Below, piece by piece: positions 19,420-29,122 of a stretch of 64,000 nt of DNA (its first letter is position 1; each line of letters starts with the position of its first letter). The stretch comes from Anaerolineales bacterium. Lineage in GTDB: Bacteria; Chloroflexota; Anaerolineae; Anaerolineales; UBA11858. The position numbers and the translations under genes were made by a program. The DNA lies in the NCBI GenBank assembly GCA_016785015.1, contig JADHTJ010000006.1, forward strand, positions 18,927 to 82,926, written 5' to 3'. The notes below the pieces were generated by a model. That model made no database searches. It was given only the letters and a program-made list of their open reading frames with translations, and was not told where the DNA came from.

Positions 19420-20652
19420 TTATTGGTCGTTCTTCTTTGCCTGGCGAATTGTTCGGCCGTACAGCGGCACTACGGGTATGATCAACATCGCTGAAGCGGT
19501 CAAGGCGGCTCGGATTGAGCGCAGGTTGCCGACCAAACCGACGATGGGGCCGCCAAACATCTGTCCAAAAGCGTCAAGCTGGGCCGTCATCGACAGCATG
19601 GTGGCACGCACTTTAGACTCGATGTGCTTATTGATCCAGGTATCGATTAGCGGCACCGTCACTCCGCGCGCCGTATCAACCACCAGAGTTGCTAATAGCG
19701 CCCAGTAGAAATTTGTAGACCAGGCAAATCCAAGCAATCCCAATGAAATCAGCCCGTAAATCCCTTGCAAAGCGCGGGCAACTTTGAGGTTGTCAGATGT
19801 ATCCAAGCGCCTCCTGGCCAATTCGGTAGCGCCCAAACCCAGAAAAATCCCCATCACTCGCATTAATGCAAACCACGAGACGAAGGGATCACCACCCCAA
19901 GGCAGTAAAGGAAAATTGAACTGCCCGATGAAGTGAGCTTCTGTCAGGCGGTCGTAGCCCTCGCTGTACAGACCAACGAAAATGGCAATGACAGCAAAGG
20001 TCATCAAAACTGGTTTGAGGCGTGCCAGTTGGATACCGCCTTTGAGAGTCGCAACCATCTCATTCCAGGTATCCCGCTCTTCATTGAGCGTTGTTTGGAA
20101 TCCATCCTCGGGCATTGTCAAGAGCCGAAATAGCGCCACGCATAGGAACAGCGCGCCACCAACCGCGATAGGCAGTCGATAACTGACATTCCCTAACAAA
20201 ACAAATAATGGAATTCCCAGCAGGCTTCCGATGCGCCGATACTGCGTCGAGCGCAAATAGACCTGCCCCACGTTTTCTACTCCCACCTCATCGGCAATCC
20301 AGGCCGAATGCGCACCGCTGATAAACGTCCAGGCCACACCCAAAATTACTTGGGCCGAAATCACAATCCCAAATAGGGGTATCGAAGCTTCAACCAGGAA
20401 ACCAATTCCAAGTAAAAAGGTACCGATGATCACCGAGGCGCGCCGGGAGTAAACATCGGCCACAATGCCAGTAGGGATCTCAAAGATGAAGACTGTAATC
20501 TCTATCGTGGTTCCAACCAACACCAATTGCAGCGGGTTTAAACCCACTGTTTGTACACGGTACAACTGAGTGGCCGCAAGGACGATCGAAAAAATCATCC
20601 CTTCGAAGAAGATGGAGATCCAGTAGACAAGTTTAGCGTCCAGTTTTTTCAT
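19420..20652 (-). CDS. MFS transporter, TetA(P)-like group
   Basis: About 12 TM helices; LNPLQLVLVGT..E...F.FEIPTGIVADVYSRR; GLYSEGYDRL. Confidence 0.85.
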   Translation of the reverse strand: MKKLDAKLVYWISIFFEGMIFSIVLAATQLYRVQTVGLNPLQLVLVGTTIEITVFIFEIPTGIVADVYSRRASVIIGTFLLGIGFLVEASIPLFGIVISAQVILGVAWTFISGAHSAWIADEVGVENVGQVYLRSTQYRRIGSLLGIPLFVLLGNVSYRLPIAVGGALFLCVALFRLLTMPEDGFQTTLNEERDTWNEMVATLKGGIQLARLKPVLMTFAVIAIFVGLYSEGYDRLTEAHFIGQFNFPLLPWGGDPFVSWFALMRVMGIFLGLGATELARRRLDTSDNLKVARALQGIYGLISLGLLGFAWSTNFYWALLATLVVDTARGVTVPLIDTWINKHIESKVRATMLSMTAQLDAFGQMFGGPIVGLVGNLRSIRAALTASAMLIIPVVPLYGRTIRQAKKNDQ

Positions 20653-20670
20653 CTATAACCAAAACAAAAT

Positions 20671-20759
20671 TGTCACTGCGAGCGTACGCAAGTATGAACA
20701 GGGCAAACTACCCCTTTATAGGAGATTGCCGCGCTCCGCAAGCTCCGCTCGCAATGCCA
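20671..20759. repeat. Family A palindromic repeat
   Basis: tgtcactgcgagcg...gagattgccgcg...cgctcgcaatgcca. Confidence 0.7.
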
Positions 20760-20787
20760 TGTATTCGAAAATGTTTCTGGATCTAGT

Positions 20788-22038
20788 TTATGCACACAAC
20801 TCATCATAAATCTGAGTGTAATTCTTGTAGCGCAGCTCGGAGATAGCGCCATTGGCCACAGCAGCCTTGATGGCGCAGCCAGGCTCATTACTATGACTGC
20901 AATCCGAGTAGCGGCAGCCGCCGAGGTGATCTACCATCTCTGGGTACCATTCGGCCAGCTGAGCTTGCTTGATACCTACCAATCCGAATTCACGGATACC
21001 GGGCGTATCGATGACAACGCCGCCATTCTCCAAGTTCCAAAGACGGGATTGGGTAGTCGTGTGACGGCCTTGCCCAGTGAACGTGCCCCGTTGCGTGACC
21101 TTTCCGACGCGTAGATCGAGGCTGGGCTGGATAGCTGTTAACAGGGTTGATTTTCCTACTCCCGAGAGTCCAGCTAGCACCGTTGTGCTCGATTTGAGCA
21201 AAACTGCCAACTCGTCGATCCCGGCGCCAGTTTCGGCACTGGTCAAAATCAGGCGAAATCCTAGATCCTGATAAGGCTTAATCGTCGCCTGAAACTCGGC
21301 CGGGTCTTCAACCAGGTCGATTTTGTTGACGCAGATCACGGCCTCGAGTTGGTTACGCTGCACAGCGATCAAGTAACGATCGATCAGCGCCGGCCAGATA
21401 TTGGGCTCGCGCCAGGAGGCGACGATTAGAACCCGGTCGATGTTGGCAACAACGATTTGCTGCTTTGAACTGATCTTACCAACATCGGGTCGATATGGCC
21501 TTGCAAGGATGCTCCTGCGGGGTAGCACCTCTTCGACTACACCGCGCTGTTCTCCATTAAGGTTTATTTTAACTTGATCACCCGCGGCGACGACATTAGT
21601 AAAGCCAGTCTCCTGGGATTTCAAACTGCCACGGATATCGCACAATATGGGGGCTGCGCCGTTATGGATATCTACGCGGCACATCCCTGAGCTGACTCCA
21701 ACGACCAGGCCGGGAATTCCGGGACGGGAACCTGAGGCTGGTTCTGATCCTTGGGGATCAGCTGCCCTCTCAGAATTCCCCCCCGAAGTTCCACTCAAAG
21801 CTTTACGTTCAATCTCACGTCGACGTTCCTCCTCTCCACGAGGCATGATCCTCTCATCAACAGAGTAATCAAGGTCATCTATATCATCCCAAGAATCTGG
21901 AATCCATTCTTTCTGACGAGGTTTCTTCGCTTTATTCTTCGGCCCAGATTTCCGGCGTGTATTGCGTAATTGTTGTTTGCGGACATGCTTTTGCATATCC
22001 TCTGAATAATTTTCAATTTGTATCTTATTATCGTCCAT
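20788..22038 (-). CDS. rsgA: Ribosome small subunit-dependent GTPase A with long charged N-terminal extension
   Basis: Circularly permuted GTPase: NKID, GLSGVGKST, GRHTTT, DTPGIRE; Zn finger CRYSDCSH..EPGC. Confidence 0.95.
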   Translation of the reverse strand: MDDNKIQIENYSEDMQKHVRKQQLRNTRRKSGPKNKAKKPRQKEWIPDSWDDIDDLDYSVDERIMPRGEEERRREIERKALSGTSGGNSERAADPQGSEPASGSRPGIPGLVVGVSSGMCRVDIHNGAAPILCDIRGSLKSQETGFTNVVAAGDQVKINLNGEQRGVVEEVLPRRSILARPYRPDVGKISSKQQIVVANIDRVLIVASWREPNIWPALIDRYLIAVQRNQLEAVICVNKIDLVEDPAEFQATIKPYQDLGFRLILTSAETGAGIDELAVLLKSSTTVLAGLSGVGKSTLLTAIQPSLDLRVGKVTQRGTFTGQGRHTTTQSRLWNLENGGVVIDTPGIREFGLVGIKQAQLAEWYPEMVDHLGGCRYSDCSHSNEPGCAIKAAVANGAISELRYKNYTQIYDELCA

Positions 22039-22222
22039 TGTAGAACTCTTGTATTTTAAGATAGCGCTCCTCCGAGGAGGTAACCCAATCTCTGAATGCG
22101 TCTTCTAGACGACGGCGTTTGCCGTCCTTGAACTTTCGCAGCGACCGCTCATCCTTCCCATTCTTTGGGGTGGATGCGGTCTGGTCTTCACAGGTTTCGA
22201 TATAGATTTGTATGTTGTACAT
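22028..22222 (-). CDS. Small hypothetical protein (64 aa) whose end overlaps the rsgA start
   Basis: Strong RBS aaaggaggtg before ATG at 22222; MYNIQIYIETC...FYNGR. Confidence 0.65.
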   Translation of the reverse strand: MYNIQIYIETCEDQTASTPKNGKDERSLRKFKDGKRRRLEDAFRDWVTSSEERYLKIQEFYNGR

Positions 22223-22383
22223 GATCCACCTCCTTTCAGGGTAGATATCAAACAAATGGAATCAATCGCGCGCATAGAGCTTACGACGAGGCCATTCGCG
22301 CCAGATCTGAACTTAAATAGTTCAGCCACGGGCATACCCGTGGCTGCTAGGTTGTAATTAATAGGGGTTTACTGAGCGGTCAC

Positions 22384-22443
22384 TCAGTAGGCAGGCACGA
22401 GGCGCACTTGGCGGGTTACATTTTCACTATAAACTTTTGCCAT
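22384..22443 (-). CDS. Putative leader peptide MAKVYSENVTRQVRLVPAY
   Basis: RBS aaaggagg with correct spacing; 19 codons; stop codon lies in hairpin tactgag-tgaccg-ctcagta. Confidence 0.7.
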   Translation of the reverse strand: MAKVYSENVTRQVRLVPAY

Positions 22444-22617
22444 GATAATACGCCTCCTTTTAAAATTCATCTTGGTTTAATTTTACCAACGGGCTGAAGC
22501 TTATCACAAGGATTACCTGGAGTCAAGCAGATTCATAAAACTGGCACAAATTCCGGAAATAATTAAAAAATGCGAGCAGGCAAATTGTGCTGCACGCACT
22601 TTTCTGAATATTTATAT

Positions 22618-22731
22618 AAGGACTTACACAGTTCACGCATTTCTTGGGTAGGAACCCAACCGCGTTGGGTGTTGAATCGCTTTATCTTCGCCCAACGCGG
22701 TTGGGCTGGCTACCCAAGTGCGTAAGTCCTG
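22618..22731. mobile_element. MITE-like element, TIR (C)AGGACTTACGCA, carrying a GTAG-type REP doublet
   Basis: aggacttaca...tgcgtaagtcctg; 5-bp TSD tatat; close copy at 43315-43429. Confidence 0.8.
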
Positions 22732-22737
22732 TATATA

Positions 22738-23574
22738 TTATTTGTTGTTCCCCTTGCCCTTACTTTTGCCGTTATTCTTTTTGTCCTTATCTTTGTTTTT
22801 GTCCTTATCTTTATTTTTGTCTTTATCTGTTTTGGGTCCGGCATCATCTGGTTTGTTACTATTACCTGACTCGGTCTCGCTGTTTTCAGAATCACCTGCG
22901 CCATTATCCTGATCAGCGAGGTCTTGCCATATCTGCCCCCAGCCTTCACCGGCTGCTCTCCGAGATAAAAGCTCGTCAACGCTCACGCCTGTAGATTCAG
23001 CAGTTTGAAGAGCCAGCTTGATCTGACCAAAACCAACTTTGCGGACTGATTCTTCTCCACCTGCTTCTGCGTCTTCACCTTCAGACGTCCCAGATCCGCA
23101 GAACCACCCCATGACCTCTTCATAGGTCACATCGTAGGTTTCTGCCAAGGAGTTTCCTGTTGGATGAGGCACAGCGAGATTCTCACAGTACACGCCCCCA
23201 CCTTCTTCGGAAAATTGGTCTTCAGAGCCCGATATTAATTCTGAGCCTTCTTCATTCAAGAGGCTGGTGACATCAACAGTACCCCCAACAACGAGCGTTG
23301 TGAAATCAAAGCCCTCGGGCATCTGGATGGAATATAAAACCGTTTGGCCTGTTTCTGTCAGCACCTCGATAGCAAGAATCCCAGACGGAACATCGATGGC
23401 AACAATTGTCCCTTCAATAACGACGACTTCTAGAATTTCTTCTGGTTCAGTATCCTGAAATATTCTATTCGAGAATTGGGAGCTTGCGTGAGCGGCATTC
23501 GCTATTGTTGCTAAAAAAACTAGAACGCCAACTATAGAAAGAGTTCGGATTAGGGTAAGCCTTATGTTCATCAT
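22738..23574 (-). CDS. Secreted acidic hypothetical protein with Lys/Asp/Asn-rich low-complexity tail
   Basis: Signal peptide (ANAAHA); GFGQIKLA...GEGWGQIW; DKDKNK repeats. Confidence 0.75.
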   Translation of the reverse strand: MMNIRLTLIRTLSIVGVLVFLATIANAAHASSQFSNRIFQDTEPEEILEVVVIEGTIVAIDVPSGILAIEVLTETGQTVLYSIQMPEGFDFTTLVVGGTVDVTSLLNEEGSELISGSEDQFSEEGGGVYCENLAVPHPTGNSLAETYDVTYEEVMGWFCGSGTSEGEDAEAGGEESVRKVGFGQIKLALQTAESTGVSVDELLSRRAAGEGWGQIWQDLADQDNGAGDSENSETESGNSNKPDDAGPKTDKDKNKDKDKNKDKDKKNNGKSKGKGNNK

Positions 23575-23707
23575 GTAATCCTTTTAGTTTGTAAATCTTA
23601 CATCGATCATATCTGTGAATGGGACAGCTTTGAATAGCCACATAGTACTGTCTATCAAATTTGTAAGATACCATCGTACAGTTTCTAAAATTACGTTGAC
23701 AGAAATT

Positions 23708-23817
23708 GGTTCTTTGGGAATTGTCGTGAGAGACCTCACCTTTGGGGGTAGGGGGCGTGCGGAGCACCCCCCCTACCCTCAAAGGTGGCCCCTTACCACA
23801 GCGATTCCTGGAGACCC
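23708..23817. mobile_element. MITE-like element, TIR GG(T/G)TCT..GGAAT, with hairpin cargo
   Basis: Exact 8-bp TSD cagaaatt on both sides; homologous to 54453-54655. Confidence 0.8.
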
Positions 23818-23880
23818 CAGAAATTATCTATTTCGATATTATTCTAATTAGATTTATTTCGAATTAGACGAGGATGAATT

Positions 23881-24480
23881 ATGACCGATCAAGAAATGTC
23901 CACCCTACTACAATTCTTCAAAGCACTGTCCAATGAAAACCGCCTAAAGATATTGGGCGTACTGGCACAGAGAGAATGCAGCGTCGAGGAATTAGCCACA
24001 TTGCTGAATCTGAAGCCGCCCACTGTCTCTCATCACCTGAGCAAACTAAAAGATCTCTCTTTAGTGGCTATGCGCAAAGATGGCAACGATCATCTATATC
24101 GTTTAGATGTCGACAGTTTGCACAGCATGTCGAAGAGTGTGTTCACCTCGATCACTGCGGAGAAAGTTGTCACGCTGGCGGATGATGTTGAGTACGAAGC
24201 CTGGGAACGGAGGGTGCTAGAAATTTTCCTGGATGGCGATCAGGTGCTCACTCTTCCCGTGGGTTACAAAAAACGTCTGGCACTGTTTAAATGGATGATC
24301 AATTTCTTTGAAGAAGATCGGAAATACACCGAGCAAGAAGTCAATGAAATCATCCAGCAGCATTATCAAGATTCAGCCACATTCAGACGTGCCTTTATCA
24401 GCAATGGTTTAATGGAACGCGAAGGTGGTGGTGGGCTTTACTGGCGCATCCCCTGGGTAATGCCGGAACTTAAAGGGTAA
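23881..24480 (+). CDS. ArsR-family regulator with C-terminal DUF2087-like domain
   Basis: FKALSNENRLKILG..., PTVSHHLSKL; YTEQEVNEII...D.ATFRR...G.MER. Confidence 0.88.
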   Translation: MTDQEMSTLLQFFKALSNENRLKILGVLAQRECSVEELATLLNLKPPTVSHHLSKLKDLSLVAMRKDGNDHLYRLDVDSLHSMSKSVFTSITAEKVVTLADDVEYEAWERRVLEIFLDGDQVLTLPVGYKKRLALFKWMINFFEEDRKYTEQEVNEIIQQHYQDSATFRRAFISNGLMEREGGGGLYWRIPWVMPELKG

Positions 24481-24495
24481 TTCTCCAGCTAAGCC

Positions 24496-24630
24496 GCACC
24501 CTTCGATACGGCCTTCGTTACACTACACCCTACTCAGGATGCTGAGATCGAGATTATTGGTAAACTCTCTAAACAAATATCCAGCATCCTGAGTAGCACG
24601 AAACAGCGAGGAGTGCGTATCGAAGGGTGC
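24496..24630. repeat. Two inverted bipartite repeats upstream of the GIY-YIG gene
   Basis: gcacccttcgatacg-N19-ctactcaggatgctg, then its reverse complement cagcatcctgagtag-N19-cgtatcgaagggtgc. Confidence 0.9.
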
Positions 24631-24671
24631 GCCGCTATCGAATAATTACACTTCTCAAATGGGTGATTACA

Positions 24672-24965
24672 ATGCCCCGAGCCTGGGTTTATATTCTAAG
24701 CTGTTCTGATGGATCTTACTACACGGGACATACAACAAATCTTGAATATCGTCTCGCTCAACACCAAGATGGCGAAGCCAGCGATTGGACAAAGAGACGC
24801 TTGCCTGTTGAACTTGTCTTTTGTCAAGAAATGCCGGATAGACGCCAGGCGTTTGAAGCCGAACGCCAGGTCAAAAAGTGGTCGCGTGCCAAGAAAGAAG
24901 CGCTAATCGCAGAGGATTGGGATTTGTTGAAATGGCTCGCCAAAAAGCCAAAATTTCGGAAATAG
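24672..24965 (+). CDS. Stand-alone GIY-YIG nuclease (UPF0213-like), 97 aa
   Basis: WVYILSCSDGSYYTGHT..L..RL.QH; A...E.QVKKWSR.KK.ALI. Confidence 0.92.
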   Translation: MPRAWVYILSCSDGSYYTGHTTNLEYRLAQHQDGEASDWTKRRLPVELVFCQEMPDRRQAFEAERQVKKWSRAKKEALIAEDWDLLKWLAKKPKFRK

Positions 24966-24979
24966 CAAAAAAAATGACC

Positions 24980-25084
24980 GCACCCTTCGATACGCTTCGA
25001 ACACCTGGTAAACGAAAAATACCCTGGAACGCGAGATACTGCATGAAGCAATATTTCAGTGAGCGACCGCTACTCAGGATGCTG
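24980..25084 (+). repeat. Third bipartite repeat, downstream of the GIY-YIG gene
   Basis: gcacccttcgatacg-N75-ctactcaggatgctg, with both 15-mers identical to unit 1. Confidence 0.9.
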
Positions 25085-25230
25085 GCATTGGTATGCGACC
25101 GCAGTACAGGATACATGAACAGGATTTTAGGATTAAGAAAACTGAGCAGCAGCCTTGCTACCGCTCAGTTGTTTTTTTGATCTAATTAGCGGATATTTAA
25201 AATATAATCCTGAAAATCCGCGTCCCAAAA

Positions 25231-26265
25231 CTAAAACATCATCGCATTGACTTTGTCAATCGTCTCGCGGCGAGGGCGGATACGGTCATTGGTCAGCCGG
25301 TTGAGAGGTTCTTCGGGCAAATTGTACGTATCAAAGAGCGCTTGTTGCTCTGTATCGATATAGATCAAACCCGTGATTAATTCCTGTTTCGTATTCGCGT
25401 CTTCCAGCATACATAGGATCGTCGAGCGGTCCGTGGGATCGTAATCTGATGCAACTTTGCGCAGCATGATGCGCGAGCCATCGTGCATATCGACCTCTTT
25501 GGATTCGCCTTCGTCATAATCCACCATGATGTCCTCAGCCAGCGGCACATAAGAAAGATCGTGCAAAGCAACTTCGTGATTCCTGCCCCAGGCATAAGAA
25601 TGGTGGGCGTCATCCTGGTTGTTGAAGGTCACACATGGGCTAATGATATCTAGTACAGCGATGCCACGGTGACTCAGAGCAGCTTTGAGCAGCTCACGCA
25701 CTTGCTTGGGGTCGCCAGCGAAGGAACGGGCCACAAAGGTTGCCCGCCCAACAACGGCTTCCCAGATGATGTCGATGGGCATATAGGGATTTTGGCCGTG
25801 CCCCTTTAGTGCCAGGCCTTCTTCGGCGGTTGCAGAAAACTGCCCCTTCGTCAGGCCGTAAACACCGTTATTCGCTACGATATACACCATGGGTAAATTG
25901 CGGCGCATAACATGTTTGAATTGACCCATGCCGATACTGATGGTGTCGCCATCACCGCTCATTGCAATACCCGTCAATGACGTATCAGCGAAGAGGGCAC
26001 CCGTTGCCAGGGATGGCATGCGCCCATGCAGGCCGTTGAAACCGAAGGAGCGCCCGAGGAAATAGGTCGGTGATTTGCTCGAACAGCCGATGCCGCTAAA
26101 TTTGACAATATCTTCGGGCAGGATATTCAACTCGTAGCATGCCGTAATGACCTGGCTGTTGATCGAATTATGCCCGCAGCCTTGGCACAGCGTAGTGGGC
26201 GCGCCACGGTAATCAGATTTCGATAAGTTGATCAGGTTTATTTTAGATTGTTTTTTAGTCGCCAT
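25231..26265 (-). CDS. korB: 2-oxoacid:ferredoxin oxidoreductase beta subunit
   Basis: LCQGCGH, SGIGCS, LHGR, GDGD TPP motif, NNGVYGLTKGQ, SPCVTFN. Confidence 0.93.
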   Translation of the reverse strand: MATKKQSKINLINLSKSDYRGAPTTLCQGCGHNSINSQVITACYELNILPEDIVKFSGIGCSSKSPTYFLGRSFGFNGLHGRMPSLATGALFADTSLTGIAMSGDGDTISIGMGQFKHVMRRNLPMVYIVANNGVYGLTKGQFSATAEEGLALKGHGQNPYMPIDIIWEAVVGRATFVARSFAGDPKQVRELLKAALSHRGIAVLDIISPCVTFNNQDDAHHSYAWGRNHEVALHDLSYVPLAEDIMVDYDEGESKEVDMHDGSRIMLRKVASDYDPTDRSTILCMLEDANTKQELITGLIYIDTEQQALFDTYNLPEEPLNRLTNDRIRPRRETIDKVNAMMF

Positions 26266-26266
26266 T

Positions 26267-28099
26267 TTAGTTGCGCTCCTCACCAAGAATGGCCCCTTTG
26301 ATCCAGGTAGCAGTCAGAGGTAAACCATCGTTATGGGTAAGAGAAATTAAATGTGTCGCTCGTTCCGGTACTTCTAGAGATAGGATTTGGTGCAACTGCC
26401 CATCTCGATTCATTTCGACCACATACACATGCTCGTATTTGCGAATGAAATCTCTGACTTCATCGACGACGGGCAAGGCTCGCAAGCGCAGATAATCGAC
26501 TTCTAGATCTTCTTCGCTCATGTAGTCGATGGCCTCGCGAATTGCAGGGTCCGTGGAGCCGAAGGCGATCACACCAATTGTCGCACCTTTCCGCTTCACG
26601 ATCTCCGGTTGGGGCATCACGCTGCGGGCGTGTTCAAACTTGAGCAGCAAGCGGTCCATACCCTTGACCCAAACATCAGGGTCTTCAGTGTAATTGGCGA
26701 ATTCATCGTGACCAGTCCCTCGGGCAAAGTATCCGCTCTGGGAATGCCGGTTACCAGGCAGGGTTCGGTAAGGAATCCCGTCACCATCGATATCGAGGTA
26801 CCGTCCCCAAATTTCAAGACCCTCAAAATCTTCCTCCCAGAGCACCTTGCCGCGATCAATCTCCTTGTCTGGATACTTGAATGGCGAAGTCATCCACTGG
26901 TTCATGCCCATATCCAGGTCAGACAACAAGAATACTGGGGTTTGGAATCGCTCTGCCAGGTCAAAGGCCTTCCAACCTAACTCAAAACATTCATTCACCG
27001 ATCCTGGAAGCAGTACAATGTGCTTGGTATCGCCATGGCCGAGATAGTAGGTCAAGTTGATATCGCCCTGGGAAGTGCGCGTGGGCAAGCCGGTGCTGGG
27101 TCCCATACGCTGGACATTCCAAATTACGACTGGGGTTTCAGCATAATAGGCCATGCTGGCATATTCGGTCATCAAGCTGATGCCAGGGCCAGAGGTGGAG
27201 GTCATCGATCGTAATCCGCCCCACCCGGCGCCCACAGCCATACCGATAGCGGCTAATTCATCTTCTGCCTGGACAACGGCATAGGTGTTTTTGCCAGTTT
27301 CAGGATCAGTGCGCAACATAGGCAAATACTCAATACATGATTCCGCTAAACTTGAGGCCGGCGTAATCGGATACCATGAAACAAACTGCACTCCACCATA
27401 GATCGACCCCAGAGCACCAGCAGTGTTGCCGCTGGCCATAATCTGTCCCTCGGTCAAGTCCAAATCTTCAAGATAGTAGGGGTCGCTCTTTTGTAAATTT
27501 TCTTCAGCCCATTCGGCAGCTTTTTTTATGATATCTAAATTAAGCTTGATGGGTTTTTCTTTGCCTTTGAAATGGAAATCTAGGGCTTGCTCAATGCGTT
27601 GAGGGTTTATTCCCAGCATTTGAACCAGAACTCCCACGTAAACCATATTTGCGACATACGTTCGCAAGCTTGCAGGCGCATCGGATTCTTTGGCCAGCTT
27701 TTTCACCGGCATGGGATAGGCAACGATATCTTTTCGGGTGATAGCCTGTTTGATATCGTCGGCGTAAAAGAACACCCCACCGGGCACCAACGCAGCCTGA
27801 TCCTTAGCAAAGGTTGTTGCGTTCATGGCTACCATAACTTCAATGGTTTCAGTGCGTGCCAAATAGCCATCTTTGCTAACCCGGATGGTATACCAGGTCG
27901 GCAAACCTTGAATATTGGACGGGAATAAATTTTTCCCCGAAACAGGGATGCCCATCTTGAATAAAGCCCGCAGCAGCGTCAGGTTGGATGTCTGACTGCC
28001 CGACCCATTCATCGTGGCAACAGAGATGGAAAAGTCGTTGACTACTGAGCCGCTTGCTATAGCTTTATTGGATTGAATTTTTGTTTCGACAGTTGTCAT
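26267..28099 (-). CDS. korA: 2-oxoacid:acceptor oxidoreductase alpha subunit (gamma-alpha fusion)
   Basis: NGSGSQ, YPITPAS, QAEDELAA, TSTSGPG, QRMGPSTGLPT, VVEMNRDGQL. Confidence 0.93.
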   Translation of the reverse strand: MTTVETKIQSNKAIASGSVVNDFSISVATMNGSGSQTSNLTLLRALFKMGIPVSGKNLFPSNIQGLPTWYTIRVSKDGYLARTETIEVMVAMNATTFAKDQAALVPGGVFFYADDIKQAITRKDIVAYPMPVKKLAKESDAPASLRTYVANMVYVGVLVQMLGINPQRIEQALDFHFKGKEKPIKLNLDIIKKAAEWAEENLQKSDPYYLEDLDLTEGQIMASGNTAGALGSIYGGVQFVSWYPITPASSLAESCIEYLPMLRTDPETGKNTYAVVQAEDELAAIGMAVGAGWGGLRSMTSTSGPGISLMTEYASMAYYAETPVVIWNVQRMGPSTGLPTRTSQGDINLTYYLGHGDTKHIVLLPGSVNECFELGWKAFDLAERFQTPVFLLSDLDMGMNQWMTSPFKYPDKEIDRGKVLWEEDFEGLEIWGRYLDIDGDGIPYRTLPGNRHSQSGYFARGTGHDEFANYTEDPDVWVKGMDRLLLKFEHARSVMPQPEIVKRKGATIGVIAFGSTDPAIREAIDYMSEEDLEVDYLRLRALPVVDEVRDFIRKYEHVYVVEMNRDGQLHQILSLEVPERATHLISLTHNDGLPLTATWIKGAILGEERN

Positions 28100-28233
28100 A
28101 AAACTCCTTGGAAAATGCTCACGAGCCTGTCTCTGGGCGACCCGCAATTGGATCTTGGAGCATCAAACTAGAGAAATTTTCATTTATTACCTTAGCTTCG
28201 TGGTGTTCTACTTCCCAAACAGGAACATTTGGA

Positions 28234-28923
28234 CTACCACTCTGGTGATCCTGCACCCAGACGGTGATACAGCAAATCAGTGTGATCTACCAAAGCCTGA
28301 TATCCGGTATCAAGATCACCTGCGACAATTGCATCAACCATTTCTTGGTGATAATTCCAAACCTCGGTCAGATAATTATAATCAGCATAGACGTTCAGAC
28401 CAACCGCCTCGTACGCTTCCCAATAAGCTTCAAGGATGCCCAAAACAAAGGGGTTTTCCAGGCGGCGGAATATCACCAGGTGAAATTCGCGGTGCTCATT
28501 ATGAGGAATGCGAATGGGCGTGCCTTTCATCTTAGCCCAGGCAGAAGCCATCAACTCCCGCAATTGATTGTGATCTTCGGGGGTCAGTCCCTCGGTGGCC
28601 TCATGCCAGAAACACATTTCGAGATGCTTGCGCAGGCTTGTAAAGAGGTCGAAATTACCCCTATCGACCTCAATGGCATAGGCTAAAGACTGCCATACCG
28701 CAGGAAGAAAACTGTAAGGCAAGCGGCGGATACCCGTGCGAGGTTTGACATCTACGAACCCTAAAGCTTTGGCCACTTCCAATTGCTCGCGCAAGCGCGC
28801 CACGCTGATATCCAGCTCCTCACTCAGTGCGTTCATGGCAGGAAGCTGGTCATCGTCTGGGGCGTTGCTCAGATTCTCAGCCAAGTATTGGAAAAACTCC
28901 GATGGGTTGCGCCAATAACTCAT
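28234..28923 (-). CDS. GntR/FadR-family regulator with FCD domain
   Basis: LP.M..LSEEL.IS...LRE...G.V..KP..G HTH; FH..I...NP. Upstream TTGACC-N17-TAAAAT at about 28974-29002. Confidence 0.85.
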   Translation of the reverse strand: MSYWRNPSEFFQYLAENLSNAPDDDQLPAMNALSEELDISVARLREQLEVAKALGFVDVKPRTGIRRLPYSFLPAVWQSLAYAIEVDRGNFDLFTSLRKHLEMCFWHEATEGLTPEDHNQLRELMASAWAKMKGTPIRIPHNEHREFHLVIFRRLENPFVLGILEAYWEAYEAVGLNVYADYNYLTEVWNYHQEMVDAIVAGDLDTGYQALVDHTDLLYHRLGAGSPEW

Positions 28924-29122
28924 TAAATCTCCTAGGTGGGAATATCTCGGATTAATCGTATAATTCAAAAGAAATTTTAGCACGCGATTGGGAGGCGGTC
29001 AAGAAAATGTTTATTTCGATACGCGAAAATCGACAATATGTGTCATTTCAATTGACGATTACTGAGGTTAGTGTATAATATTGGACAACATTAGTCTGAA
29101 TTACACATCAACGGAGTAATCA

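Noticed and set aside
22738-22830. DKDKNK-coding tandem repeat as a contingency locus
   Set aside because: The units are multiples of three and degenerate at the DNA level, so this is a low-complexity protein tail rather than a phase-variation tract.
24496-25084. CRISPR array or mini-array next to a nuclease
   Set aside because: The units are bipartite, in mixed orientation and irregularly spaced, and there are no cas genes in the window.
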